NCBI RefSeq assembly: GCF_004010195.1
Contig: NC_057718.1
Span: 56,368,592 to 56,408,327 of the forward strand
Length of the DNA: 39,736 nt
Origin: Chiloscyllium plagiosum
Lineage: Eukaryota
Direction of reading: 5' to 3'
Part shown: positions 22,903-35,210 of the stretch, one piece after another
Position numbering within the stretch: position 1 is the stretch's first letter
How the letters are laid out: each line of letters opens with the position of its first letter
Position numbers and translations under genes: made by a program
The notes under the pieces: generated by a model
The model's input: the letters and a program-made list of their open reading frames with translations, nothing else
Told to the model about the DNA's origin: nothing
Databases searched by the model: none

Positions 22903-23107
22903 CTCTGATTCCACTTCAAGAATTTCATCTCCAGCAGATGGAAGTTCCTTCCAACCAATTATCTCCACTGGGGTACTTGGTTCAGCAGCTTTCATTGGCT
23001 TGTTATTCTCATCAAACATTAACCGTACTTTAGCCCAACTCTTCCCTGCCACCAGGATACAACCTTTCGTTAACGTTCCACGTTGGATAATAGCTGTGGT
23101 GACTGGT
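22903..23107 (-). CDS. MTIF2: MTIF2 coding exon (205 nt)
   Basis: [34 protein letters not shown]...[18 protein letters not shown] bounded. Confidence 0.96.
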
Positions 23108-24132
23108 CTATCAAAAAAAAAGGGACTTGACAAATTTAATACATTTATGGTGGTGATATGAAAGAAAGATCGTCATTTATGCAGAAGATCAATAATGTCA
23201 ATCCCAGGACATCACTGCAAGAGTTCCTCAGGGTGGAGAAAGAGTTTTTGAAAATAATACATTAAGTCCATCACCTGAAGTATTGCTGCCTGCAGATAAT
23301 TTTTCTGGATGTGAGTTAACAATGAAACCAGCTGCCTCCCTGCAAATGAGAGGTAGCCAATTAATGCCTATTGACTAGCTACTTGGAGTCAGATTGAAGA
23401 TACTGCCAGGATCTTATTGGTAGTAGTTGGGCCCAACGTTTTAGGTGAACCTTGATAGGACCTTGGAAGAAGCCTCCATGCAGCTACGTAGGACCAGAGA
23501 GGCTTCTTGTATTTATCCTTCTGGAGAGGTTTCTGGAGCGGCTCCAGCCACAGATCCACAAATACAGCTGCAGGCCACCTTGTGGAAAGGGCTCCCTACA
23601 CAATAATAGCTTAGCAGGTGTAGCTGAAAGTAATTTAAACATTTTACATCTTCAGTTGAAGTGTCAGAAATATGGATGACAGAGATGATTTTGGCCATTA
23701 TAAGAAGAGAAATTACTTCTAAAGTTCCAAAGATTTGCAATTGATGGAGTTAAGATTTTTTTTAAAATAAATATCCCATCTACAACTTAGAAGGGAATCT
23801 ATTCCAAATTTCCGTTATTGTCATTCAAAAAATGTGAGCTGTTCAGAAGTTAAAGAATACAGTTTGACATAATTCTTCCTCCACTCTCTGTTTCTGTTTC
23901 GTGATGTGCCTGGACTCCACTCAGCACTCATGAGGTTGGGCACTTTAAATGTAGAGACTAGTAGAAATGAACTTATAGCCATTACAGCATGTTTACTGGC
24001 TTAGGTTTAAATTATTTAAGCAATAAATAATGAAGAAATAGGTTAGCTCGATCTGACAGTTCATTGCAAATACACGGTAAGGAAATACATTATCAATTTT
24101 CAAAGACAGGTCATGTATCATCAATAACTTAC

Positions 24133-24257
24133 CCCTTTCCTTTATCATTCCGACATTCAATAACAACACCCTCAACAGGTCCTGTACAATCAGCTTTCAA
24201 CTCCAACATTTCCGACAAAGCAATAGCAGCCTCAGCTAAAGCCATCAAATTGTCTCC
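24133..24257 (-). CDS. MTIF2: MTIF2 coding exon (125 nt)
   Basis: [41 protein letters not shown](G); AG/GT bounded. Confidence 0.96.
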
Positions 24258-24479
24258 CTAATAAACATTTACAGCATATTAAAACATTTAATTACAGTTT
24301 AAAAAATGTATACAGTTCAAGAGATCGACAACCTGTGATTAAATAAGAATGGGATAGGTTAGGATAGTTCCATCTCAGTTGGATAATGGAGAGATTTTCA
24401 ACACAGGTTGTTGAAGTTTAACTGTTAAAGGTTACAAACAGGGGTGAAAAGAAATAGTTTATAACACTTGCCTTTCCAA

Positions 24480-24950
24480 AGAAGATCATTTGTGACTTTG
24501 TCCAGAATGTTTCAGTACTATAGAAATCTGGTTGGTGCATTGTAAAGTGAAATTGTGGGAAAGAGGAATGAACTTTAGAAGCAATGACATGCTTATGGAC
24601 ACTGGAACAGACAGGAAGATTGGAACTGGAGCAAAAGTTTGTGGGTACAGAGGGGACATGAGCAATATATTTTTGAAGAATGATGACAGATTTGCGATTG
24701 GGGGTGAGGTGTGAGTAAGTACCTGAGGAGAGTGAACCATTAAATTCGCTTCTGGGCACCATGTTAGCTGAAATTATAATGTGGTCAACAGTTTGGTTGG
24801 GTTAGGGTCAGGGAAGCTGAAATTGGATGGATGACAAAAGGTTTGTGACAGTATTTCAGGAGATGAATAGAATCTAGACAGAATTGGGTTCACATCTAAA
24901 GGAGCAATGAACATTTTGGCAAAGTTTGTCCTGATGCAGTAGGGGAAGTG
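24480..24950 (+). mobile_element. Very degraded LINE ORF1 (esterase-like) remnant
   Basis: Weak resemblance to CR1 ORF1 esterase segments; no intact motif. Confidence 0.3.
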
Positions 24951-25377
24951 AAGGCAATGATAGCTCAGCTAAATACATTGTTTAAATCCTTGTACGCAAC
25001 AATCCATTAACTCCTTATACATACTTTGAGGTGAGGGGATTTAAGAAGATTGTTGCTGAGAAGAGAAGGCAGGAATTATGTTTGCATTTCTGACTGCATG
25101 TTCATTTTTCATGTTGGAGCATCATCTGATAATGCTTTCAAATGAAAAATAAATGGTTAAAATTGTTATTGTAACAATTGGCATCTCTGGAATTGAGGGA
25201 TAGAAGATGAAGAATATAATTGGGAATAATTGCTATGAGAAAATCATAATTCTAATGAAGATGAGGTCATTGAAGGTGGTGAAAAGCAAGTAACTTCAGA
25301 AATATTATGAAAAATTGTAGTGCAAAGACTAGACAGTTGGGATTACACATGTTCTATATACTAATAAACACAAGTTG

Positions 25378-25710
25378 GGGGCGGCATGTGGCTCAGTGGT
25401 TAGCACAGCTGCCTCACAGCACCAGGGACCTGTGTTCCATTCCACCCTTGGGTGACTGTCTGTAATTTGCACATTCTCCCAGTGTCTGCATGGGTTTCCC
25501 CAGGGTGCTCTGGTTTCCTCCCATAGCCCAAACACATGCAGGTTTGGTGGATTGCCCACAGTGTCCAGGGCTGTGTAGGTAAAGTGGATTAACAATGGGA
25601 AATGCAGGATTATAGGAAAGGGGTTGTGTCTGGGTAGGATGCTCTTTGGAGGGTTGGTATGGACTCAAAGGGCTGAATGGCCTGCTTCCACACTGTAGAG
25701 ATTTTGTGTT
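25378..25710 (+). mobile_element. Near full-length HE1-type tRNA-derived SINE
   Basis: A box TGGCTCAGTGG, B-box-like GTTCCATTCC, V-SINE core TTTGCACATTCTCCCC, tail GGGCTGAATGGCCTGCTTCCACACTGTAG. Confidence 0.9.
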
Positions 25711-26036
25711 CTAAATCCAAAATGCATCTTAGTTTACCTTTCAAAGGAACATAGACAATATTATATTCTTAAAAGGAAATGAACTATTTCTGCCAGAATT
25801 ACATGCTCTTCTGTTTACTAGAGATTGTTTCAAAGAATAAATGTTACATTGTTTGAGTAACTGGAAAATAATTATAATTTATCCCCTTACTCCAAATACC
25901 TTTACTAGCTTTGGCCTAATTTAAAATGCTACTGAGCAATATTCAAAATGGAAACAGCCAGAATTTTCAAAAATGTTGTTATGCTATTTTTTCCAAGTCT
26001 GTTTCTGTGCGTCCATAAACAGCTGGTTTCATAGTA

Positions 26037-26472
26037 TGATTTGGAGATGCCAGTGTTGGACTGGGCTGTAAAAAGTTAAAAATCACACAACACCAGGTAT
26101 AGTCCAACAGGTTTATTTGGAAGCATTAGCTTTCGGAGTGCTGCTCCTTCATCAGGAGGTTGTGGAGTATAAGATCATTAGACACAGAATTTATAGCAAA
26201 AGTTTAAATGTAACTTTTAAAAAAGCTTTGCGATTTATGTATTAAAGAACTGAAACCAACATGGTCATTCTAAAAGATGAGAGACTTAACAAACAATCCA
26301 GGTCTTTTTCAAAGTATAATTTCAGTTACATCACACTGTAAACTTTTGCTATATATTCTATGTCTTACGATCTTATACTTCACAACCACCTTATGACGGA
26401 GCAGCACTCCGAAAGCTAGTACTCCAAAAAAAACCTGTTGGACCGTAACCTGGTGTTGTGTGATTTTTAACT
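26037..26472 (-). mobile_element. PLE-derived inverted-repeat element, family B
   Basis: 14-bp TSD CTGGTTTCATAGTA (26023-26036, 26473-26486); 37-nt tail; arms about 26074-26206 and 26338-26472; hammerhead cores at 26124-26158 (-) and 26387-26421 (+, mutated CTTATGA). Confidence 0.9.
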
Positions 26473-26689
26473 CTGGTTTCATAGTAACAACTTGAACAAA
26501 GACTTTGTTGTGAATCATCACTTTTGTCCTTTTTGACAGTTCCGCGCTAAAGAAATCCAACATGGGAATGTAACCACTTTGAACAAGTGGTTGAAAAACT
26601 GGGCAGAATAATGGCAGATAGAATTTAATCCCAGTAAGTGTGATGTGATGCATTTTGGATGTCCAATAAGGAAAAATCAAAAACAACAT

Positions 26690-27305
26690 GACACCCTGTC
26701 ATAATTCAACAGGTTTATTTGAAAGCACAAGCTTTTGGAGCCTCACTCTTTCTTCAGGTGTTAGTGAAGAGGATATATCAGACACAAAATTCATAAGTTA
26801 AAGATCAAACGGTCATACAACTGATGCAAATATAACATACTAACCTAGATGAATGTTAAGTCTTTAATAGGTTAGAATGGAGATGCAGGTTCCTATTGAC
26901 ATATGTAAATCCCAAAATTTCTTTCAAGTCACTGTTCTGAGATAACTTAAAACTTTATCAGCATAAAAGAGGTGACATCTAGGTCAGACAATGCATTTTA
27001 GGTGTGAGGCCTTATTGAGAGTCGACTGTGTCCTAACCTGAAGTCAGACTGGTTTTATTTCCAAAGTAGGAATTCATAAAATGCCACATTGACTGCCTGG
27101 CTACAAATTGTGTGCTTTTTGAACAAAATAGAATTTATCTGCAAACTATACTTCAAATATGCACCTTATAGATTTGTATTTATATAAAAGTGTGTGTGTG
27201 CGCGCGCGCGCGCGGGTGTGAGAGAGAGAGAGTGAGAGAGAGAGATAGTGAGAATGAATGAGTGAGATACTGTGTGTGCGTGCTTTAGAGAGTGTGTATG
27301 TGAGG
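26690..27305 (-). mobile_element. Older PLE 3' region related to family B, ending in a microsatellite
   Basis: CAACAGGTTTATTTGAAAGCACAAGC matches family B; degenerate core CAC-CTGAAGA-AAGAGTGAGGCTCC-AAAAGCTT-GTG on the minus strand (26726-26760). Confidence 0.6.
27190..27300. repeat. Compound (TG)n(CG)n(GA)n microsatellite
   Basis: GTGTGTGTGTGCGCGCGCGCGCGCG...GAGAGAGAG seen directly. Confidence 0.95.
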
Positions 27306-27314
27306 TACTAAATT

Positions 27315-29520
27315 ATAGAACATAGAACATTACAGCGCAGTACAGACCCTTCGACCCTCCATGTTGCGCCGACCTGCAAAATTAATGTGATGCCCATCTA
27401 ACCTACACCGTTCCATTATTATCCATATGTCCAATGCCTGTTTAAATGCCCGAAACATCGCCAAGTCTACTACTGTTGCAGACAGGCTGATCCATGCTCC
27501 TACTACTCTCTGAGTAAAGGAACTACCCTAATATCTGTACTAAATCTATCACCTCTCAATTTAAAGCTATGCCCCCTTGTGTTAGTTTTCACCATCCAAG
27601 GAAAAAGACTCTCCTGTCCACCCTAACCAATCCTCCGATTATCTTATATGCCATAATTACGCCACCTCCCGACCTTCTTCTCTCCAACAAAAAACTGCCT
27701 CAGTTCCTTCAGCCTTTCCTCGTAAGGCCTTCCTTCCATACCAGGCAACATCCTAGTAAATCTCCCCTGAACCCTTTCCAGTCCCCCATAAAAACTACCC
27801 TGTTACTCTCACTCCCATTGTCAATCATCTTTGCTATCCTTTCCTCTACATCTCTGGAACAATTCGGAGACCTATCGAAAACCCCCAGTGAGTGACCTCT
27901 CCTTTCTTTTTCTAACCTCAGCCCAAACTACCTCAGTGGATAAGTCCTCAAACGTTACCTCAGCTGCTGTAATACTACCTTTGTTTAACAATGCCACACT
28001 GGTCTCTTTTACCATCTTCTTTATTCTTGCTGAAACATCTAAATCCTGGAATCTGCAACAACTATTCCTGTCCCTCCTCTAGTCATGTCTCTGAAATGGC
28101 CACAAGATCGAAATCCCAGGTACCAACCCATGCTGCAACTTCGCCCACCTTATTTTGGATGCTCCTGGCATTGAAGTACGCACATTTCAAACCAACATCC
28201 TGATTGCTGGTGCCCTCTCGCAACCTTGTAAACCTATCCCTGACCTCACTACCCTGAACCTCCTGTACACTGGACCTATAATTCACATTCCCATCCCCCT
28301 GATGCAGTAGTTTAACCCACCCCCATCCTGCAAAATGGATTAGCAAATGTCCCTCCCAGGATATTGGTACCCCTCTGGTTCAGGTGAAGACCATCCTTTT
28401 TGTAGAGGTCCCACCTTCCCCAGAAAGAATTCCAATTATCTAACAATCCAAAACCCTCCCTCCTGCACTATCCCTGCAGCCACATGTTCAGCTCCGCGCT
28501 CTCCCTGTTCCTCGCTTCACTAGCATGTGGCACGCACAAAAAATCAGAGATAACAACTCTGTTTGTTCTAGCTCTAAGCTTCCACCCTAGCCCCCTGAAT
28601 TTCTGCCTTAAATCGCGGTCTCTCTTCCTACCTATGTCGTTGGTGCCTATGTCGACCATGACTTGGGGCTGATCCCCCTCCCCTGAAGGATCCTGAAAAC
28701 ACGAACCCTGGTACCTGGGAGACAACACACCAATCGTGAGCCTCTGTCGTTCCCACAAAACCTCCTGTCTGTCCCCCTAACTATGGAGTCCCCAATGAAT
28801 AAAGCTCTGCTCCTCTTCCCCCTTCCCCTCTGAGCAACAGGGACAGACTCTGTGCCAGAAACCTGTGCCCCATTACTTACCCTGGTAAGTTGCCCCCCAC
28901 AACAGTAACCAAAACAGTATACTTGTTGTTGAGGGGAACCACCAAAGGAGATCCCTGTACTGCCTGCCGGTTCTCTTTCCTACCCCCGACCGTAACCCAT
29001 CTACCTTCTTCATGTGGCTGTGGAGTAACTACCCCGCCGTAACTCCTCTCAATAACTCCTCTGCCTCCGGAATGACCCGAAGTTCATCCAGCACCAGTTC
29101 CCTAACATGGCTCTCGAGGAGCTGGAGTTGGGTGCACTTCTCACAAATGAAGTCAGGAGGGACACCAGAGTGATTCTCACCTTCCACATACTGCAGGAGG
29201 AACATTCAACTGCCTTTACCTCCATTCCGACTATTCTAAATTCCCAAATAGACTGCCAACAAAAAAATCAAATGAAACACGAAAGAAAACACTTGTCACC
29301 TTACCAACCAATGCACATAACTTTTTTTTGGTTTGAGGAGGAGGATGGGAAGGAGACACCACCTGAGTAGTGTTTTGGGTAAAGCAACTTCTCAAATATG
29401 TGACCTCGTGACCTCTGACTGCGTCCAGGAGCTGAAGAAAAAACGGAACTAAAAGAAATTTAAACCATGTACTCACGTATCCTGACAGGCTCCGCTGCTC
29501 CCTGAGATATGGAACGTACT
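27315..29520 (-). mobile_element. CR1 LINE retaining both ends: 5' UTR, ORF1 (zinc finger and esterase), endonuclease start, large ORF2 deletion, 3' end
   Basis: ORF1 start MEVKAVECSSC (ATG 29223-29225), DIGTNDIG esterase motif, LKCAYFNARSIQNK endonuclease start, jump at 27780/27781 to the RT C-terminus, (GTTCTAT)n tail. Confidence 0.9.
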
Positions 29521-29529
29521 CCCTGAGAA

Positions 29530-29700
29530 AATGGTACAGGCAAGTACTCTTGCAAGATTTAAGAAGCATCTGGATAAATACTTAAAATGCCAGTGCATAG
29601 TTGGCTATGGACCAAGTGCAGGTAAATGGGGTTAATGTGTTTATTGGTCATCATAGACATGTTGGGCTGAAGGGCCTGTTTTCTGTGCTGTATGACTCCA
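29530..29700 (+). mobile_element. CR1 3' end fragment
   Basis: TTTAAGAAGCATCTGGAT...GGGCTGAAGGGCCTGTTTTCTGTGCTGTATGACTC. Confidence 0.85.
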
Positions 29701-29771
29701 TCTTTGGTAGATGTGATAAAATTACAACATTGAAACTGCAGTGAATGAAGGATACCATTAAAATAAATTAC

Positions 29772-29911
29772 CTTAAGGGCTGATATATTTATGGACTGAA
29801 CATCACCACCATATTCTTCACAAATCACATCATAAGCTAACAACTCCTTTTTTACTTTTTCATGATTTGATTCTGGTTTGTCACATTTGTTTACTGCAAG
29901 AATTATTGGAA
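29772..29911 (-). CDS. MTIF2: MTIF2 coding exon (140 nt; GTPase G4 and G5 motifs)
   Basis: (V)[50 protein letters not shown] bounded. Confidence 0.96.
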
Positions 29912-30750
29912 CTGCAATGAGAACAGTTAAAATTAGATGGAAATAAATATGTGGTACAATAGTAAAAGAGATTTGAAAACATTTTCATTATCAGCTATTT
30001 TTGATAATCAATCTCTATAGCTCTTTAGTCATTTACATTCATGAAAGGAAGTAAGCTTTTTAAAGCTTGGTTTGGCTAACTGCAGTAGAATTGCCACCAG
30101 ATCAGGACTCAGGTGATTGAAACTTTAAAGTTGCACTTACACTAGATCTGAAGCAGATTGCATGCAATGCTATACAAAAGAATCAGCTGATCTTTACTGT
30201 GTTTCAAGAGAGGACGTGGCGATTTTAATTCATTTGTTAAAAGGTACTTCTAAGATTTTGTGATTTTCAAAAGAGTGAATAAACTGCCAAATGCTACCCT
30301 TCTCCAATATTTCTGCTGCACAATGATGTAACGTTTGCAGTATCAGCAACCAAGAGGTTTTGAGTTAAAATACCATCATGATAAACTGTGAAACTGAAAG
30401 CATTATTTAGGTGATAATTCATAGGCTGGCATCAGACAACAATTACCTGCAATGTAATTGGGAAGGAAAACATTAATGTGGCTCAGGGAAGGAAACCTGT
30501 TATGCCTATCTGTGCTGGCATTTGATTCTGGTTCTAGACAACATGTTGATTGTTTATACCCTTTGATATGCCAAGCAAGACTCTTAATTACACAAAAGAA
30601 ACTCTAAAAGTAACCACACTACCTTCATGACAATATAAGGAAATGATATTAGCCACTTCCTGCGACTGAAGGAAAAGAAACATGAAGCATCCACTGACAA
30701 GTGACACACACTAGTTTCTGAAATCTGCACAACTCTAGATTTGAACTTAC

Positions 30751-30927
30751 CATTAGCATTTTTAGCATGTTGAATTGATTCTACGGTTTGCTCCATTACT
30801 CCATCATCTGCAGCAACCACTAGTATCACAATGTCCGTCACATTAGCACCACGGGCTCTCATTGCGGAAAAGGCAGCATGGCCTGGTGTATCTAGAAAGG
30901 TTATCTTTTCACCAGATGGTAAGTGCA
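30751..30927 (-). CDS. MTIF2: MTIF2 coding exon (177 nt; GTPase G3 motif); most 5' exon visible
   Basis: [58 protein letters not shown]; the G1 exon (GHVDHGKT) was not seen in the window. Confidence 0.97.
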
Positions 30928-31199
30928 CTGTGTAATCAAATAAAACATTTCAGTTGAGAAATGCAAACAAAAAATGGTTTGTTATCAGGAAGACACTGGT
31001 AGACTATTGCAGTAAAGAAGTGGATACTATAGAAATTAGAAGAACAAACATTCATGCTTTAGTTAAACTCCAGAATAAGTGTGGCATCTTTCAGAGAGTT
31101 TTATTGTACAAAAGGTCTAAATATTTTGGTATGCTGCATATTCTTTAAATGCACAATCATATAAGAAATTTTGGTTAAAATTTACTGAAGTACACACAC

Positions 31200-32830
31200 A
31201 AAAATTCCAGACAAATCCATCCAATTACTGCCTCATCTTGATCATTAGCAAAGTTCTGAAAGGGGTCATTGACAGTGGCATCAAGTGGCACTTAGTCAGC
31301 AATAACCTACTCATTGATGTTCATTTTGGGTTCTGCCAGTGCCACTCAGCTCCTGACCCCATTACAGCCAATGGGAATCAGTTAACAAGTCTTTACTGGA
31401 TGGAAGCATATTTAGCTCATAGGAAGATGTTTGTGGTTGTTAAATGTGACCTTCAACTATTCTGTCAATAATCAAATATGTCTTGTACACAAAAACAGGA
31501 CAATTCCAACTTGAGTGATTACCTCCCCATCAGTCTAGTCTCAATCATTCATAAAGTGATACTCAGTGTCATCAACAGTGCTCTCAAGCACCACTTACTT
31601 AACAATAACTTGCTCATAAAAGCTCAGTTTGGGTTTGACCAGGATACTAAGCTCCTGACTTCCTTACAGCCTTGGTCCAACTTGGACAAAAGAGTTGAAT
31701 TCAAGAGGTGAGAGCCATTGTTTTTGACATCAAGGCCACATGACTGCACAATGTTCAGCAGATGCTGAAGTAATCCATGCTCAAATACAGCAAGAACTGT
31801 ACAATATCCAGGCTTGGGATGACAAGTGATAACTAATATGTACAACTCACAGATACCAGACAATGATCATTTACAACAAGAGAGAATCTAACTATCGTCC
31901 CTTGATATTTATTAATATCACTGTCACTGAATCCCCACTATCGACATCCTGGAGGTTACCAATGAGCAGAAACTGAACTGGTCTGGTCATATAAGTACTT
32001 AGCTACAAAGTCCTAAGTTATCCACCATCCACAAGACACAAGTCAGGAGTGATGAAATGCTTCCCACTTGCCTGGATGAGTACAGTTCCAACCAACACTC
32101 AAGAAGCTTGACACTATCCAAGACAAAGCAACTTGCTTAATTGGCATCACATCTTACAAACATTTTGCCCCTTCACCACTGACATCCAGTATCTGCAGTG
32201 TGTGCTATCTTCAAGATGCACTGCAGAAATTCACCAAGGCTCCTTTGACAGCCCCTTCAAAACGCATGACCATTACCATCTAGAATGACAAGGGCAGCAG
32301 ATACATGGGAATATTACCTGCATATTCCCCTCCAAGTGCTCACTACCCAGATTTGTAAATTTTTCTCTGCCCTTTCAGAGTCACTGGGTCAAAATCCTGG
32401 AACTATCTCCCTAAAAGCATTGTGGGTATAACTATACACAATGGACTGCTGCTGTTCAAGAAGGTAGTTCACCATCTTGCTTGATTTTGACCCCATCCAC
32501 TACTGAAACACTTACTCCCTCTAGCACTGATGCATAGTGGTAGAAGTGTGCATCATCTACAAGATGCACTGCAGCAACTTCTTTAACAGCACCTTCCAAA
32601 CCTTTGAGCTCTACCACTGCTCAGAAAAACAAGATCATCAGTTGTGAGGGACTATTTGTAAGTACCCCTTCAAGCCACAGACCACGGTGACTTGGAACTA
32701 TATCCATTCACTGTTACTGCATCAACATCCTGGAATTCCCTTCCTAACATCACTGTAGAGCAATTACACATCAAATATAGCAGTTCAGGAAGATGGTCTT
32801 TCCAATTAGAGAAGGACAATATATGTTAGC
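31200..32830 (+). mobile_element. Cluster of old CR1-clade LINE fragments (at least two overlapping copies)
   Basis: Two DYLPISL..QFGF-type segments (31215-31360, 31495-31740) and two similar 3' segments containing CAAGATGCACTGCAG. Confidence 0.7.
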
Positions 32831-33150
32831 CTACACAGTGACACTTTTATGTCAGGAAAGAGAAAGAATACTTTCCAAAAAGAAGGATGTATGCCAGTAA
32901 TGACTTGTTTGGAAAATTATTTTCAAGAGTTTGATTTGAGAGAATGTAACTTAATTCATGGCTCAAACTACACACACACCAAAAAAACTGTTTTTTTTTG
33001 TTAAGCAGAACTTCTTCATTATGGAATCTCACAGGGACCATTTGGAATGTAACAACAACTTGCTATTATCAGTATTTTTAATGCGATGGAATGTTTTTAG
33101 GGATTTCACAGTGGTGTTAAAAAACAAAAACTGACACCAATTCACTACAA

Positions 33151-33450
33151 GATTAGAGTGGTGCTTGAAAAGCACAGCAGGTCAGGCAGCATCTGAGGAG
33201 CAGGAATGTCGATGTTTTGGAATTGGGGTAAGGTGGGGGGAGGGGAAATGAGCAAACTGGTGAAGTCCACATTGATGCCCTGGGGTTGAAGTGTTCCGAG
33301 GTGGAAGATGAGGCGTTCTTCCTCCAGGTGTCAGCTGGTGAGAGAGTGGCGATGGAGGAGGCGCAGGACCTGCATGTCCTTGGCAGAGTGGGAGGGGGAG
33401 TTGAAATGTTTGGCCACAGGGCGGTGGGGTTGATTGGTGAGTGACCTGGA
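33151..33450 (-). mobile_element. PLE fragment: GIY-YIG endonuclease C-terminal remnant joined to the family A terminus
   Basis: A minus frame not in the ORF track reads HRPVAKHFNSPSHSAKDMQVL...*HLEEERLIFHLGTLQPQGINVDF; 33151-33218 matches the family A arm with the hammerhead core deleted. Confidence 0.82.
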
Positions 33451-33479
33451 GACATTTTGGGGCAGATGAATTGGTTTTA

Positions 33480-34500
33480 AGAAAGCATTAGGATAAAAAG
33501 AGGAAGAGACGCTTAAGGTGAAGGAATTCCATTGTTAGAGGCATTGTGAAGGGATGGCTACAAATTATGGAAATGTTAAAACCAGCGATGCTCAGACCAA
33601 AATTGAAGGGGCACAAATATCTTGGAGGGGGTTAAAGAGATAGGAAGTAGCAAGGTCATCGAAAGATTTACAAACATGGTTCAGAAATTTAACTCTGGGG
33701 CATTGCTTAACCTAAAGCAATTAAGTAAACAGGTGCAGGAATAATGGGTGAAAGGCCTTTTGTGCAAATCAGGATATGGACAGAATTTTGGATGAGCTTA
33801 CACTCATGGAAGTTGAGAATCCAGCCAGGGCTGCATTGGAATAGTCCAGAGATAACAAGGCACTAAGGAGAATTTTAGCAACAGGTGAACTGAAACAGGG
33901 ATGGAAATGGGCAATGTTAGGGAGATGGAAGTAGATGGCCTTGGTGAAAGCACAGATTTATGGTTCGAAGCTCATCATGGGGTTAAATATAATAAACAAG
34001 GATTGCAAAAAAATGTCGAGTTACCAGTAGAAAGTGGAGTTAACAGCTAGGGAACAGACTGCCCTGTGTAGAATGTCTGAGAGAAAATTCCTGTTCATCC
34101 AGTGGCAGATGTTATACAAACAATTTTTACAACTTAGAAACAACACAGGGATCAAGGGATGTGGTGATCCAATAGAGATAGGAATTGTCAATATACTTGG
34201 GGAACCGGACTTGTTTTTGGATGATGTTAAAATTAAAGAATGGGTCAAGGCCAATTTCGTCCGTCATACTGCAGAACAGCACGTGAATGTGAAATAAGAG
34301 GGACCCAAGGATAGACCTGTGGGGGAGCCATAGATAACTGTATGGGAACAGAAAGAGAAGTATAGCAAGCAATTTTCACACTGCAACTGAATTGGTAAAA
34401 TTGGAACCAGGTAAGCATAAGTTTACTTAACTGGGTTTCAAAGGAGAAGAGTGTTATGGTCACCTCTGTGCAAAGCTGATGGCAGGTTGGGGAGAATGGA
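33480..34500 (-). mobile_element. Degraded L2-like LINE RT fragment
   Basis: PHRSILGSLLF (degenerate PQGSILGPLLF) near 34290-34325 and L2-like downstream sequence; interrupted by other DNA. Confidence 0.55.
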
Positions 34501-34512
34501 AAGTAATTTACC

Positions 34513-35110
34513 TGTCACAAAGCTAGTCCTTTTTTTCTAAAAACTGTTCCTTGGCTCAAGGATACTCTGTCCTTGATTTTTTTAGGAGAGGTAATAAACC
34601 AGGCCGGGCTCTGATTAGTCTGGTTTGGTTCAGAAATTAAAGGGTATTGAGAGACCTTTTTGTTTATATGTAAACAGATGAGACTTCAGGGGCTAAAGTG
34701 GTCATATTTTAGAAGTGACCTGTATAAAGAAAGTGGCCTGATCAGCTCTCTAGCTGAGCTGAGTAGTTTAGTTCAGATCAGAATTGGTTGGGAGTTCAAC
34801 CATGAGTATGTGGAAACTATCTCTTCTGCCCTTCTAAATTCAACCTGTAAGCATCTGACCCTTTTTTGTACTGTGTTTTAAAGGGTGTTTGCTTATTAGG
34901 ACTGGGTTCTGTAGGGGTTCTTTATTCTGTTCTTCGTGTTTCATTGTGTAGTTTTGTGAATAACATTTTTATCTGTTTTAAACCTGGCAATCAACCTCAC
35001 TAACTTAATCCAGGTAATTTTCACTGTACCCTTAACAAAACAATTTACAAAGTTATGGTCTGGGCCGCCTGCTTAAGAATGTTTTGAGTGATGTGGCCTA
35101 GTCCATAACA
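34513..35110 (+). mobile_element. 5' LTR of a Gypsy-type retrotransposon
   Basis: TGT...ACA termini (5' boundary less certain), directly followed by a PBS and gag. Confidence 0.7.
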
Positions 35111-35113
35111 GAC

Positions 35114-35132
35114 TGGGGGCTCTTTGTGGGAT
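35114..35132 (+). promoter_or_regulatory. Primer-binding site, tRNA-Pro type (degenerate)
   Basis: TGGGGGCTCTTTGTGGGAT versus the tRNA-Pro PBS TGGGGGCTCGTCCGGGAT; 3 nt after the LTR end. Confidence 0.75.
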
Positions 35133-35210
35133 TTTAAACAGCGAGTGGTAGGTGCTAGTGTCTTTATTTTGGGTGTTGGTTTGGTTGGGTAGACAAAGCT
35201 TGGAATAGTA

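Noticed and set aside
25378..25450. tRNA gene
   Set aside because: A and B boxes run directly into the V-SINE core with no cloverleaf or terminator; it is a SINE head.
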